Assembly: GCA_034002925.1 (NCBI GenBank)
Contig: JAVEZP010000001.1
Coordinates: forward strand, 209,165 to 273,164
Direction: 5' to 3'
DNA from: Patescibacteria group bacterium
GTDB lineage: Bacteria > Patescibacteriota > Patescibacteriia > Patescibacteriales > UBA12465
Length of the DNA: 64,000 bases
Of this stretch, positions 37,827 to 45,723 are shown in pieces (position 1 is the first letter of the stretch; the number at the start of each line of letters is the position of its first letter). The notes under the pieces were generated by a model. It had not been told where the DNA came from, ran no database searches, and worked only from the letters and a program-made list of their open reading frames with translations. The translations under genes and the position numbers were made by a program.

Positions 37827-37900
37827 TGCTCCGGAGAGGATTTGAACCCCTAGCCTTGTGGTCCGAAGCCACACGCTCTATCCAGTTGAGCTACCGGAGC
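37827..37900 (-). tRNA. tRNA-Arg(TCG)
   Basis: Reverse complement GCTCCGGTAGCTCAACTGGATAGAGC-G-TGTGG-CTTCGGA-CCACA..GGTTCAAATCC..CCGGAGCA. Confidence 0.9.
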
Positions 37901-37975
37901 AATTCAAAATATAGGCATAAGGCTTGCTCAATAATGAAATCGAGCAAGCCGCTTTGCTTTGTCTGTTTTATTTTT

Positions 37976-38263
37976 TTATCTCTTTCCTTTAAGAGCTTGT
38001 TTAAGATTGTAACCAGTTTTAAACTTAGCCACTTTCACCTCTGGAATGGTAATTCTCTCACTTGGTTTTTGAGGATTTACCCCACCACGAGCGTAGCGCA
38101 CACGGGAGAGGAAAGTTCCAAAACCAGTGATTGTTACTTCGCGATCATTTCTGAGCTCTTCAATGATAGTGTCGGTTAGGACATCTAACATTTTTTCTGC
38201 TTGTTTTTTGTTCAAGCCCTCTACTTCATGATAGAGCTTGTCGATGAGTTGCGCTTTGTTCAT
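37976..38263 (-). CDS. hup: HU/IHF-family DNA-binding protein
   Basis: MNKAQLID.......L.KKQAE..L......I...L.....V...GFG.F....R.AR.G.NP.....I.IP....V.FK.G is the HU signature. 95 aa. Confidence 0.92.
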   Translation of the reverse strand: MNKAQLIDKLYHEVEGLNKKQAEKMLDVLTDTIIEELRNDREVTITGFGTFLSRVRYARGGVNPQKPSERITIPEVKVAKFKTGYNLKQALKGKR

Positions 38264-38311
38264 ATAGTTGGCGTTCAGTTAATTTAGTCTGAACGTTAAT
38301 TATAATATTTT

Positions 38312-39847
38312 TTAGCGAGCATATTCAATTACCCTTTTTTCTCTAATAACATTAATTTTAATCTCTCCTGGATATTTTAGCTCATTTTCCACCTTTTTGG
38401 CAATATCTCTGGCTAAATTATGAGCTTCTAAATCATTAATTTCTTCTGGGCGTACAAATATGCGCACTTCTCTACCAGCTTGAATAGCATAAGCTTTTTC
38501 AATGCCATCAAAACTAGTAGCAATTTTTTCTAACTCTTCTAAGCGTTGTATGTAGTTTTCATGGCTATCACTACGAGCTCCAGGTCTAGCTGAGGAAATA
38601 GCATCGGCTACTTTTACAATAACTGATATTAATCCATCTGGTTGGTCATCGTGGTGAGTAGCAATGGGAGCAATAACTTCATCGGGTAGATTAAATTTCT
38701 TAGCAATATCTCGACCGATTTCAGTATGATTACCTTGCACCTCATGGTCAACTGCTTTACCAATGTCATGTAGCAATCCACCTTTTTTAGCTAAAGTAAC
38801 ATCAGCTCCTAACTCTTCTGCTAACATAGCGGCTAAGTGGGCAACTTCAATTGAGTGGCTTAAGGTATTTTGACCATAGCTAGTTCTGTATTTTAAGCGA
38901 CCAAGGATTTGAATTAATTTAGGATCAAAACCGGTAACACCTACTTCATATAAAGCCTCTTCTCCAGCCTTTTTTATATCTACTGCTAATTCTTTTTTAG
39001 CCATTTCGACCGCATCTTCAATTTTAGTAGGATGAATACGTCCATCTTTAATTAAATAATCTAAAGTTTTTTTGGCAATATGACGTCGAATTAGAGAGAA
39101 GCCGGAAACAGTAATAGCATTAGGAGTGTCGTCAACAATAATCTCTACCCCCGTCATTTGTTCAATAGCTTTAATGTTTCGTCCCTCGCGCCCAATAATA
39201 CGTCCTTTCATTTCGTCATTAGGGAGGTCAATCGTGGTTGTGGTTAGCTCAACTGTATAAGAGGATACCATTCTTTGCATCGCTAGAGCCATAATATCTT
39301 TAGCTTTTTCTTCTAGTCTGTCACTAGCGTCATTTTCTAATTTTTTAATACGAACCATTAAGTCTTCACTGGTTTTTTCTTCTACGTTTTTAAGTAGCAA
39401 TTCTTTTGCCTCTTCTTGACTGAGCTTAGCTACCTCTTCTAATTTATTTAATTGTTCTTCTTTAATGCTTTTGATTTTTTCTTTGATTTCTTGGACTTCA
39501 TTTACCTTATCATATAATTTCTGTTGTTTCTCTTGAAGATCAAGTAATTTTTGTGAAAACGCATTTTCTCTTTGCTCTAATCGATGTTGCAGGTTGTTAA
39601 TTTCTTTTCTTCTTTGGCTTTCTTCTGTTTTCGCTTCATCAATTATTTTAAGGGCTTTATCTTGAGCTTTGAGCAAAAGCTCTTTTTCTTTGCTTTTAGC
39701 TTCATTGATAATCTTGTCAGCTTTGCCTTGAGCGCCCTCAACTTTATGTTTGCTTTGTTTTTGAAAAAACCAAAGACCAATAAAAAAACCACCCACGGCA
39801 GCAATCACAGCGATAATGTATTCCATAAATATAGGAACCGGAAACAA
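38312..39847 (-). CDS. rny: Ribonuclease Y
   Basis: N-terminal TM helix, coiled coil, KH domain (GRIIGREGRNIKA), HD domain (LLHDIGKA). The start may be the ATG at 39826. Confidence 0.92.
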   Translation of the reverse strand: MFPVPIFMEYIIAVIAAVGGFFIGLWFFQKQSKHKVEGAQGKADKIINEAKSKEKELLLKAQDKALKIIDEAKTEESQRRKEINNLQHRLEQRENAFSQKLLDLQEKQQKLYDKVNEVQEIKEKIKSIKEEQLNKLEEVAKLSQEEAKELLLKNVEEKTSEDLMVRIKKLENDASDRLEEKAKDIMALAMQRMVSSYTVELTTTTIDLPNDEMKGRIIGREGRNIKAIEQMTGVEIIVDDTPNAITVSGFSLIRRHIAKKTLDYLIKDGRIHPTKIEDAVEMAKKELAVDIKKAGEEALYEVGVTGFDPKLIQILGRLKYRTSYGQNTLSHSIEVAHLAAMLAEELGADVTLAKKGGLLHDIGKAVDHEVQGNHTEIGRDIAKKFNLPDEVIAPIATHHDDQPDGLISVIVKVADAISSARPGARSDSHENYIQRLEELEKIATSFDGIEKAYAIQAGREVRIFVRPEEINDLEAHNLARDIAKKVENELKYPGEIKINVIREKRVIEYAR

Positions 39848-40198
39848 GAAAGCGGGAGGCGATTGAAAAAATTTAAAATTTTCCTCTTATATTAAAGGTT
39901 TTTTCTTAAAACTGAGATGTTTTGACTAATACTAAACATGAATAACGGTGAATATAAGATTAATAAAGATATTCAAACAATCAAACAGGAAAACAGTGAA
40001 AACGCCTTCTTCACAACTTATCTTGAATAACGGTTATAATAAATTGCTTAAGTAATATTAGTAATTATATTAGCAAAGAATTTTTAGTTTGTAAAGTTAA
40101 AAAGTGCTTTTTTGTTTGACTAAATTGAAAAAATAACGTAATATTAAAAAATAATTATCATTTTTTTATTATTTTTAAAGGCTTAGAGCCATTTTTTT

Positions 40199-42181
40199 AT
40201 GAATATTACAGAATTAGCTCGTATTTTAAGAATCTCCCCTCAAGAGTTGCGTGATTTATTGCCAGAACTCGGTTTTGCTATTGGTCAAAAAGCTATTAAA
40301 GTGGACAATAATACCGCCAAAAAAATTATTCGTATGTGGCCGGGCTTTAGAAGAAAGTGGGAGCAAAAAAAAGCAGCAGAAAAAGCCAGACAACAAGATG
40401 AGATTATTTTACCTAAAGAAAGAAAAACCATTAAAGTGCCTCAAGTGATTACCGTTAGAGCTTTAGCTGAGGTGTCTCAGATTCCAGTGAATCGATTATT
40501 GACAGAGTTAATAAAAAATGGAGTTTTTGCTTCTATTAATGAAAAAATTGATTTTGATACTGCCTCTATTATTGGCGCTGATTTAAATTTAGATGTGCAA
40601 TTATTAGAAGAAGAGGAGGAAAACGAAAATAAAGAAGAAAAAAAATTAAAAGATATTCTTGATTTAGAAAAGGCTGAAAACATGAAATTGCGTCCACCTG
40701 TGATTGTCGTGATGGGCCATGTTGATCATGGTAAAACTAAATTATTAGATTCAATTCGCTTAACGCACGTGGTTGACGCTGAAGCTGGTGGCATTACACA
40801 GCATATTGGCGCTTATCAGGTTGCCCGTAATGATCGTAAATTAACTTTTATTGACACCCCTGGACATGAAGCTTTCACTGCCATGCGTTCTCGTGGTGCT
40901 AAAGTGGCCGATATTGCTATTTTAGTGGTAGCCGCTGATGATGGCGTTAAGCCACAAACTGTTGAAGCTTTTCGTATTATTGATGCTGCTAAATTACCTT
41001 TTTTAGTTGCTATTAATAAGATTGATAAAGCAGAAGCGGACGTGATGAGAACAAAACAAGATTTGGCCAATACTTTAAATATTACTCCTGAAGATTGGGG
41101 TGGAAAAACAATTTGTACTCCTATTTCTGCTAAAGAAGGAACTGGCATTGAAGAATTATTAGATATGGTTTTATTAACAGCTGATGCGGCCTTAGGTGAT
41201 TCTCTTTTAGCCAACCCTAACGCCGATGCTGCTGGCACGGTGGTGGAATCAAATGTTGATAAAGCAGCTGGTCCAGTGGCTACTATTTTAGTGCAAAATG
41301 GAACCTTGCGTGTAGGTGATCAGCTTTGTTTTGAGGATGTGATTTATGGCAAGGTTAAAGCTTTAAAAAATTATATTGGTGAGGATATTAAAGAAGCTGG
41401 ACCTTCTATGCCGGCTAAGATTTTAGGTTTAAAAGTTTCTCCAGCGGTTGGTGATATTTTGTATGTAGGCGATGGCAGAAAATTAAAAATGCGAAAAATA
41501 AAAAGTGCTGATAACAAGAAAGAAAAGATTATGTCCATTGCCCAGCAGGATTCTAACGATGAAAATATTCCAAAAATTAATTTAGTCATTAAAGCTGATT
41601 TTCTTGGTTCAGCTGAAGCGATTGAAGAATCTTTAATGAAAATTAATACAGAAAAAGTTAAAGTTAAAATTATTCACAAAGGCTTAGGAAATGTGACTGA
41701 AGGTGATATCAAAAGAGCAGAAGACGCTAATGCGCAATTAATTTGTTTTAACGCCAAAATGCTACCTGCAGTTGAAAATTTAGCACGTAGCAAAGAGATC
41801 GTGGTAAAATCTTTTTCTATTATTTATGATTTGATCAAATACGTAAAAGATGAAATGCAAAAATTAGTACCAGTAGAAATTAGCCGAGTAGATTTAGGTA
41901 AATTAAAAGTTTTAGCAATTTTTAGAACAGAGAAAAAAAATCAAATTATTGGCGGTAAAGTAGTATCTGGGTCACCTGAAAATAATGCTATTGTTAATGT
42001 TTGGCGCGGTGAAGAGTTTGTTACTACTGGCGTAGTTAGTAGTTTGCAATCAGCTAAACAAGAAGTAAAATTTGTTGAAGAAGGAGAAGAGTGTGGTTTG
42101 AAATTTGAAGGAGAACCTTTAATTCAAGAGGGTGATATTTTAGAATTTTATCGTGAAGATAAGAAAATTGATAAAATTTAA
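40199..42181 (+). CDS. infB: Translation initiation factor IF-2
   Basis: G domain GHVDHGKTKLLD, DTPGHEAF, NKID, plus C-terminal IF2 domains. 660 aa. Confidence 0.95.
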   Translation: MNITELARILRISPQELRDLLPELGFAIGQKAIKVDNNTAKKIIRMWPGFRRKWEQKKAAEKARQQDEIILPKERKTIKVPQVITVRALAEVSQIPVNRLLTELIKNGVFASINEKIDFDTASIIGADLNLDVQLLEEEEENENKEEKKLKDILDLEKAENMKLRPPVIVVMGHVDHGKTKLLDSIRLTHVVDAEAGGITQHIGAYQVARNDRKLTFIDTPGHEAFTAMRSRGAKVADIAILVVAADDGVKPQTVEAFRIIDAAKLPFLVAINKIDKAEADVMRTKQDLANTLNITPEDWGGKTICTPISAKEGTGIEELLDMVLLTADAALGDSLLANPNADAAGTVVESNVDKAAGPVATILVQNGTLRVGDQLCFEDVIYGKVKALKNYIGEDIKEAGPSMPAKILGLKVSPAVGDILYVGDGRKLKMRKIKSADNKKEKIMSIAQQDSNDENIPKINLVIKADFLGSAEAIEESLMKINTEKVKVKIIHKGLGNVTEGDIKRAEDANAQLICFNAKMLPAVENLARSKEIVVKSFSIIYDLIKYVKDEMQKLVPVEISRVDLGKLKVLAIFRTEKKNQIIGGKVVSGSPENNAIVNVWRGEEFVTTGVVSSLQSAKQEVKFVEEGEECGLKFEGEPLIQEGDILEFYREDKKIDKI

Positions 42182-42187
42182 TAATAT

Positions 42188-42520
42188 ATGTCTAAGGTAG
42201 ATCAAATTAATGAATTATTACACAGGGAATTAGCTATGGCGGTCAATCAAGAATTAGAGTGGCCAGAGGCTTTAATTACTATTTCTTATGTTCACTGTAG
42301 CCCTGATTTACAAATAGCAGATATAGGTGTTTCTGTTTTGCCTGATAATTTAAAGGGCACAGCTTTAAAAAAATTAAAAGCCCATTCAGGAAAATTTGCT
42401 CAATTGATTAATCGACGAACTCGTTTACGAAAAGCTCCTAAATTATTATGGCAATTTGATAGCACTGAGAAAGAAGCAGCTGAACTTGAAGAAATATTTT
42501 TGAAAATTGAACAAGAATAA
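42188..42520 (+). CDS. rbfA: Ribosome-binding factor A
   Basis: 110 aa directly after infB, with an RbfA-like KH fold pattern (R....L..E.......E..........T...V..S.DL..A.V.V). Confidence 0.8.
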   Translation: MSKVDQINELLHRELAMAVNQELEWPEALITISYVHCSPDLQIADIGVSVLPDNLKGTALKKLKAHSGKFAQLINRRTRLRKAPKLLWQFDSTEKEAAELEEIFLKIEQE

Positions 42521-42544
42521 TTTAATCAATTTCTGTAATTTGTT

Positions 42545-42571
42545 AAAACTGTCGCTTAAGGCAGTTTTTTT
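42545..42571 (+). terminator. Rho-independent terminator after rbfA
   Basis: Stem AAACTGTC/GGCAGTTT followed by T7. Confidence 0.75.
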
Positions 42572-42614
42572 GTATCTTTGACTTTTTCTGTATTTAGCTT
42601 TAAAATATGGGGTT

Positions 42615-43646
42615 ATGTTATTAGAAAATAAATTACAATCTGCTTATCAAATGATTAAAGCCGCAAAAGGAATTTTATTAATTTCTCATTTGCGCCCCGA
42701 TGGCGATGCCTTATCTTCTTTGTGTGCTTTAAAATTAATTATTGACCGATTAGCAATAAATAATTGGTCTTTTTGTGAAGACAAACATCCGGCTGTTTTT
42801 GATTATTTACCAGGTTTTTATGATGTCATAAATGATAAAAGTGATTTATTAAAAAAGTTGCAAACTAATTCTTTAATTACAGACAAAATCGATTTAATTA
42901 TTGTGACTGATTGTGGTTCTTTAGCTCGGACAGCTCTTGGCGGCGAGATTAAGGAATGGCAAAAACAAGGAGTAAAAATAATAGAAATAGATCATCATCC
43001 TAAGGTAGATGAGTATGCAGATTTAGAAATTAGAGACGAGTCCTTGTCTTCTAGTGCTGAGCTTGTTTTTGAGTTTATTCATAGTAATCAAATAAATTTT
43101 GATCGTTTATTAGCAGATTGTGTTTTAACTGGTGTTATGTCTGACACGGGTAATTTTCTCTATCCCTCAGCCAGTAAACGAACCATGCAGATTGCTTCGA
43201 TGGCCTTATCGGCTGGAGCTGCTTATGCTAAAATCTTACAAGCAGTGGCTGGAGACAAAAATTTATTAATTATGAAATTATGGGGTTTAGTTTTAGAAAG
43301 ATTGCAATTAAATCCTAGATATAGTTTAGCGACCGCCGTTATTACAAGACAAGATTTAACAAGATTATTTGTGGATTATCATTTAGATTCAGCTAGCGAA
43401 GGAGAATTATTTTCTAATTTAGTTTCTTTTCTAAGTAATTATGCCGGAGCTAAGGCCGTCATGTTGTTACATGAAGATGGTAGGGGTTTTGTGAAGGGTA
43501 GTTTACGTAGTACGGCTGATGGTTACTTAGTGAATCGTTTAGCCAGAGCTTTAGGGGGCGGGGGGCATGAAAGAGCTGCTGGTTTTGCAATTGAAGGACA
43601 GCTTATTTACAATGGTAATTGGCAAATAGTTGAAAATAAAAAATAG
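42615..43646 (+). CDS. DHH/DHHA1 phosphoesterase (NrnA-like oligoribonuclease/pAp phosphatase)
   Basis: Motifs HLRPDGDALSS, VTDCG, IDHH, GGGGHERAAG. Confidence 0.8.
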   Translation: MLLENKLQSAYQMIKAAKGILLISHLRPDGDALSSLCALKLIIDRLAINNWSFCEDKHPAVFDYLPGFYDVINDKSDLLKKLQTNSLITDKIDLIIVTDCGSLARTALGGEIKEWQKQGVKIIEIDHHPKVDEYADLEIRDESLSSSAELVFEFIHSNQINFDRLLADCVLTGVMSDTGNFLYPSASKRTMQIASMALSAGAAYAKILQAVAGDKNLLIMKLWGLVLERLQLNPRYSLATAVITRQDLTRLFVDYHLDSASEGELFSNLVSFLSNYAGAKAVMLLHEDGRGFVKGSLRSTADGYLVNRLARALGGGGHERAAGFAIEGQLIYNGNWQIVENKK

Positions 43647-43670
43647 TATTGTACTTTTAAATTTATAATC

Positions 43671-43958
43671 ATGAAAAAAAGAATGACTTATTGGTTTGTA
43701 GAGCCGTTGGACTCTTTTACCAATGAACAAATGGCTAAATTTTTAGCTAGCACTAATGATTTAGTGGAATCATTGAAAGTAAAATTAGCAGATGGTACGA
43801 CGCGCTCGGTATTTCAGTTACCAGATTATCAAAGTGTGTCTAAATTTAACGCTGCTCGTGCTCAGTTTGGCTTTAAATACAAAATTTATCGTCGACAAGG
43901 ATTACATGGCCAGTTAATATTATGGCCGTTTAATAATAAAAAACAGGCGAAAGCCTGA
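43671..43958 (+). CDS. Hypothetical small basic protein
   Basis: 95-aa ORF with a TGA stop embedded in a terminator-like hairpin (CAGGC/GCCTG). No motif recognised. Confidence 0.4.
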   Translation: MKKRMTYWFVEPLDSFTNEQMAKFLASTNDLVESLKVKLADGTTRSVFQLPDYQSVSKFNAARAQFGFKYKIYRRQGLHGQLILWPFNNKKQAKA

Positions 43959-43974
43959 TTTTATTAAACCTCTA

Positions 43975-44652
43975 TTATTTAGAGGTTTTTATTTTTTTCT
44001 TTTTGCTGTCGCGCCAGTCTTTAATCTGGGCGTGGTTGCCGCTTTGTAAAATTTTAGGCACCTTATATTTTTTATTTTCAGCTTCAAAAATGGCTGGTCG
44101 AGTGTATTGTGGATATTCGGTCACACTATCTTCTTCGTGAGACTCTTCTATTAAACTGTCTTTATTCCCTAAAACACCAGGCAGCAGACGCGTAATTGAA
44201 TCAACTATCACAGCGGTCGCTAATTCGCCACCGGTGAGCACATAATTACCAATCGAAATTTCTTCATCAATAAAATATTTTATTCTAGCGTCAACTCCTT
44301 CATAACGACCACAGATAAAAACAATATCATCTAACTTAGAGAATTTTTTGGCTAAGTTTTGATTCCAAGTTTTACCAGCAGCTGACAGGAGAATAATTTT
44401 TTTCTTGTTGCTATGTTTAATTGTTTTTTTAATTTGCTTGAGAGCAAGATATAAAGGCTCAATTTTCATGAGCATACCGGCTCCGCCACCATAAGGAGTG
44501 TCATCAACGGTGTGATGCTTATTATTGGTCCATTGACGTAAGTCGTAGTTTTTTATTTTAATAATCTTTTTTTCTTGAGCTCGTTTAAGAATGCTTTCAG
44601 AAAAATATGAATCTAATATTTTAGGAAAAATACTAATGATATGAAATCTCAT
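43975..44652 (-). CDS. trmD: tRNA (guanine37-N1)-methyltransferase TrmD
   Basis: F.IISIFP, DDTPYGGGAGMLM, CGRYEGVD.R, SIGNYVLTGGE are TrmD motifs. Confidence 0.93.
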   Translation of the reverse strand: MRFHIISIFPKILDSYFSESILKRAQEKKIIKIKNYDLRQWTNNKHHTVDDTPYGGGAGMLMKIEPLYLALKQIKKTIKHSNKKKIILLSAAGKTWNQNLAKKFSKLDDIVFICGRYEGVDARIKYFIDEEISIGNYVLTGGELATAVIVDSITRLLPGVLGNKDSLIEESHEEDSVTEYPQYTRPAIFEAENKKYKVPKILQSGNHAQIKDWRDSKKKKIKTSK

Positions 44653-44690
44653 AAGATGCTTGTTTATATTAATGTCTTTATTTTATAACA

Positions 44691-44720
44691 AAAAAACCGG
44701 ATTGGGAAATCCGGTTTTTT
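44691..44720. terminator. Hairpin terminator between the KH-domain gene and trmD
   Basis: A6, then stem CCGGATT/AATCCGG, then T6. Confidence 0.75.
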
Positions 44721-44735
44721 CTTATGTGTTCTTTT

Positions 44736-45092
44736 TTAGATTTTTAAATCATCTAAAGCGGAAGTATCAACATCGCCTAAATCAGATCTATTATCACTGT
44801 TGTGATTGCTGCGACGAGCACCACCTTCTGGGTCATAAATCTTTAAGTTTACGCGAGAATTATTTTTAGCACCAACTATTTTTAATAGAGTGCGAATCGC
44901 TTGCGCTGTTTGACCTTTACGGCCGATGACATAACCCATGTCAGATGGATTAATTTTCAGGGTTAAAAGTACCCCCATTTCATCAACAGTGCGATCGACG
45001 CTGACGTCATCAGGATTGCTGACGATGTTTTTTACGATCATTTCGAGAAACTGTTTGTCTGCTTCCATATTGATTTTGACTGGACTTCTCAA
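44736..45092 (-). CDS. KH-domain RNA-binding protein (YlqC/UPF0109-like) with C-terminal extension
   Basis: V..IV..PD.V.V.......V.L.L.....D.G.VIGRKGQTAQAIRTLL is the UPF0109 pattern. The likely true start is ATG 45068 (MEADKQ). Carries an extra tail of about 30 aa. Confidence 0.8.
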   Translation of the reverse strand: MRSPVKINMEADKQFLEMIVKNIVSNPDDVSVDRTVDEMGVLLTLKINPSDMGYVIGRKGQTAQAIRTLLKIVGAKNNSRVNLKIYDPEGGARRSNHNSDNRSDLGDVDTSALDDLKI

Positions 45093-45192
45093 TCAGATCA
45101 GGTCTGAGTTGAAAGAGTCTAGACTTAAATTATATTATCTTGCTGAAACAAGATTTATACTAATATTATAATAATTACTTATTTGTGTCAAT

Positions 45193-45624
45193 TTATTCAG
45201 TTTTTTCTGCTTCATTTTTTACTTCTTCTGGTGTTTCTATTTTTTCTTCAGTAACAGCGCTGTCTTCTTTTACTTCTACTTCTGGAGCCGCTGGAGTTTC
45301 GCTAGCTTTTTTCTTATCAGCCTTAGCTTGTAATTGAGCTACTCTTTTTTCATTTACTTTACCCTTTTTAGAGGCAGTTACTTTTGCGCCTTCAATTACT
45401 TCTTTGGTAATTAATAAATTATTGACCGTGGCAGTCATGCCAGCGCCTTTACTTAACCAGTATTGAACCCTATCTCCTTTAACTTGTAATTCTTTGGAAT
45501 AAGGATTATAAGCGCCTAATATTTCTAGAGCGCGTCCGTATGGATCACGTCCTTTTTCAGAAATAATTAAACGAAATACTTTTTTATTAGTTTTTCCAAC
45601 TTTGGATAATTTAATCATTAACAT
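45193..45624 (-). CDS. rpsP: 30S ribosomal protein S16 with long C-terminal extension
   Basis: MIKLSKVGKTNKKVFRLIISEKGRDPYGRALEILGAYNP is the S16 core. About 60 extra residues are rich in K/E/A. Confidence 0.9.
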   Translation of the reverse strand: MLMIKLSKVGKTNKKVFRLIISEKGRDPYGRALEILGAYNPYSKELQVKGDRVQYWLSKGAGMTATVNNLLITKEVIEGAKVTASKKGKVNEKRVAQLQAKADKKKASETPAAPEVEVKEDSAVTEEKIETPEEVKNEAEKTE

Positions 45625-45693
45625 AGTTATTTAGGGGAAAACGTATCCGAGGCGAAAATCCAGGCGAATAACGAATTCTTTCTTTATTGACAA

Positions 45694-45722
45694 ATATTAG
45701 CTTAATGTTTAGGAAAAGTCAA
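45694..45722 (-). promoter_or_regulatory. Candidate promoter for the rpsP operon
   Basis: On the minus strand: TTGACT (45722-45717), 17-nt spacer, TAATAT (45699-45694). Confidence 0.45.
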
Positions 45723-45723
45723 G

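Noticed and set aside
38095-38125. GAGAGGAAAGTTCC resembling the RNase P RNA GAGGAAAGTCC motif.
   Set aside because: It lies inside the HU coding region on the opposite strand, with none of the other RNase P conserved regions nearby. It is a chance match.
37814-38179. 121-aa ORF on the plus strand.
   Set aside because: It starts inside tRNA-Arg(TCG) and runs antisense through the well-supported HU gene. It has no coding signature.
39938-40030. 30-aa ORF MNNGEYKINKDIQTIKQENSENAFFTTYLE in the rny/infB intergenic region.
   Set aside because: It has no SD, no clear promoter spacing, no terminator, and is very short. I retained only the direct repeat it spans, as a low-interest finding.
40816-41238. 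140-aa antisense ORF within infB. Other antisense or alternate-frame ORFs of the same kind: 3453..3671, 6557..6748, 8112..8325, 9526..9741, 25533..25715, 34198..34404, 35855..36070, 37142..37363, 39584..39895, 40251..40683, 41371..41589, 44660..45171, 49134..49343, 50413..50601, 52882..53151, 57501..57749, 58298..58480, 58987..59193, 61256..61438, 63379..63579, 15130..15336, 23166..23366.
   Set aside because: Each is nested in, or antisense to, a gene with strong motif support. Their products are low-complexity or S/L/F-rich, as expected from AT-rich antisense frames.
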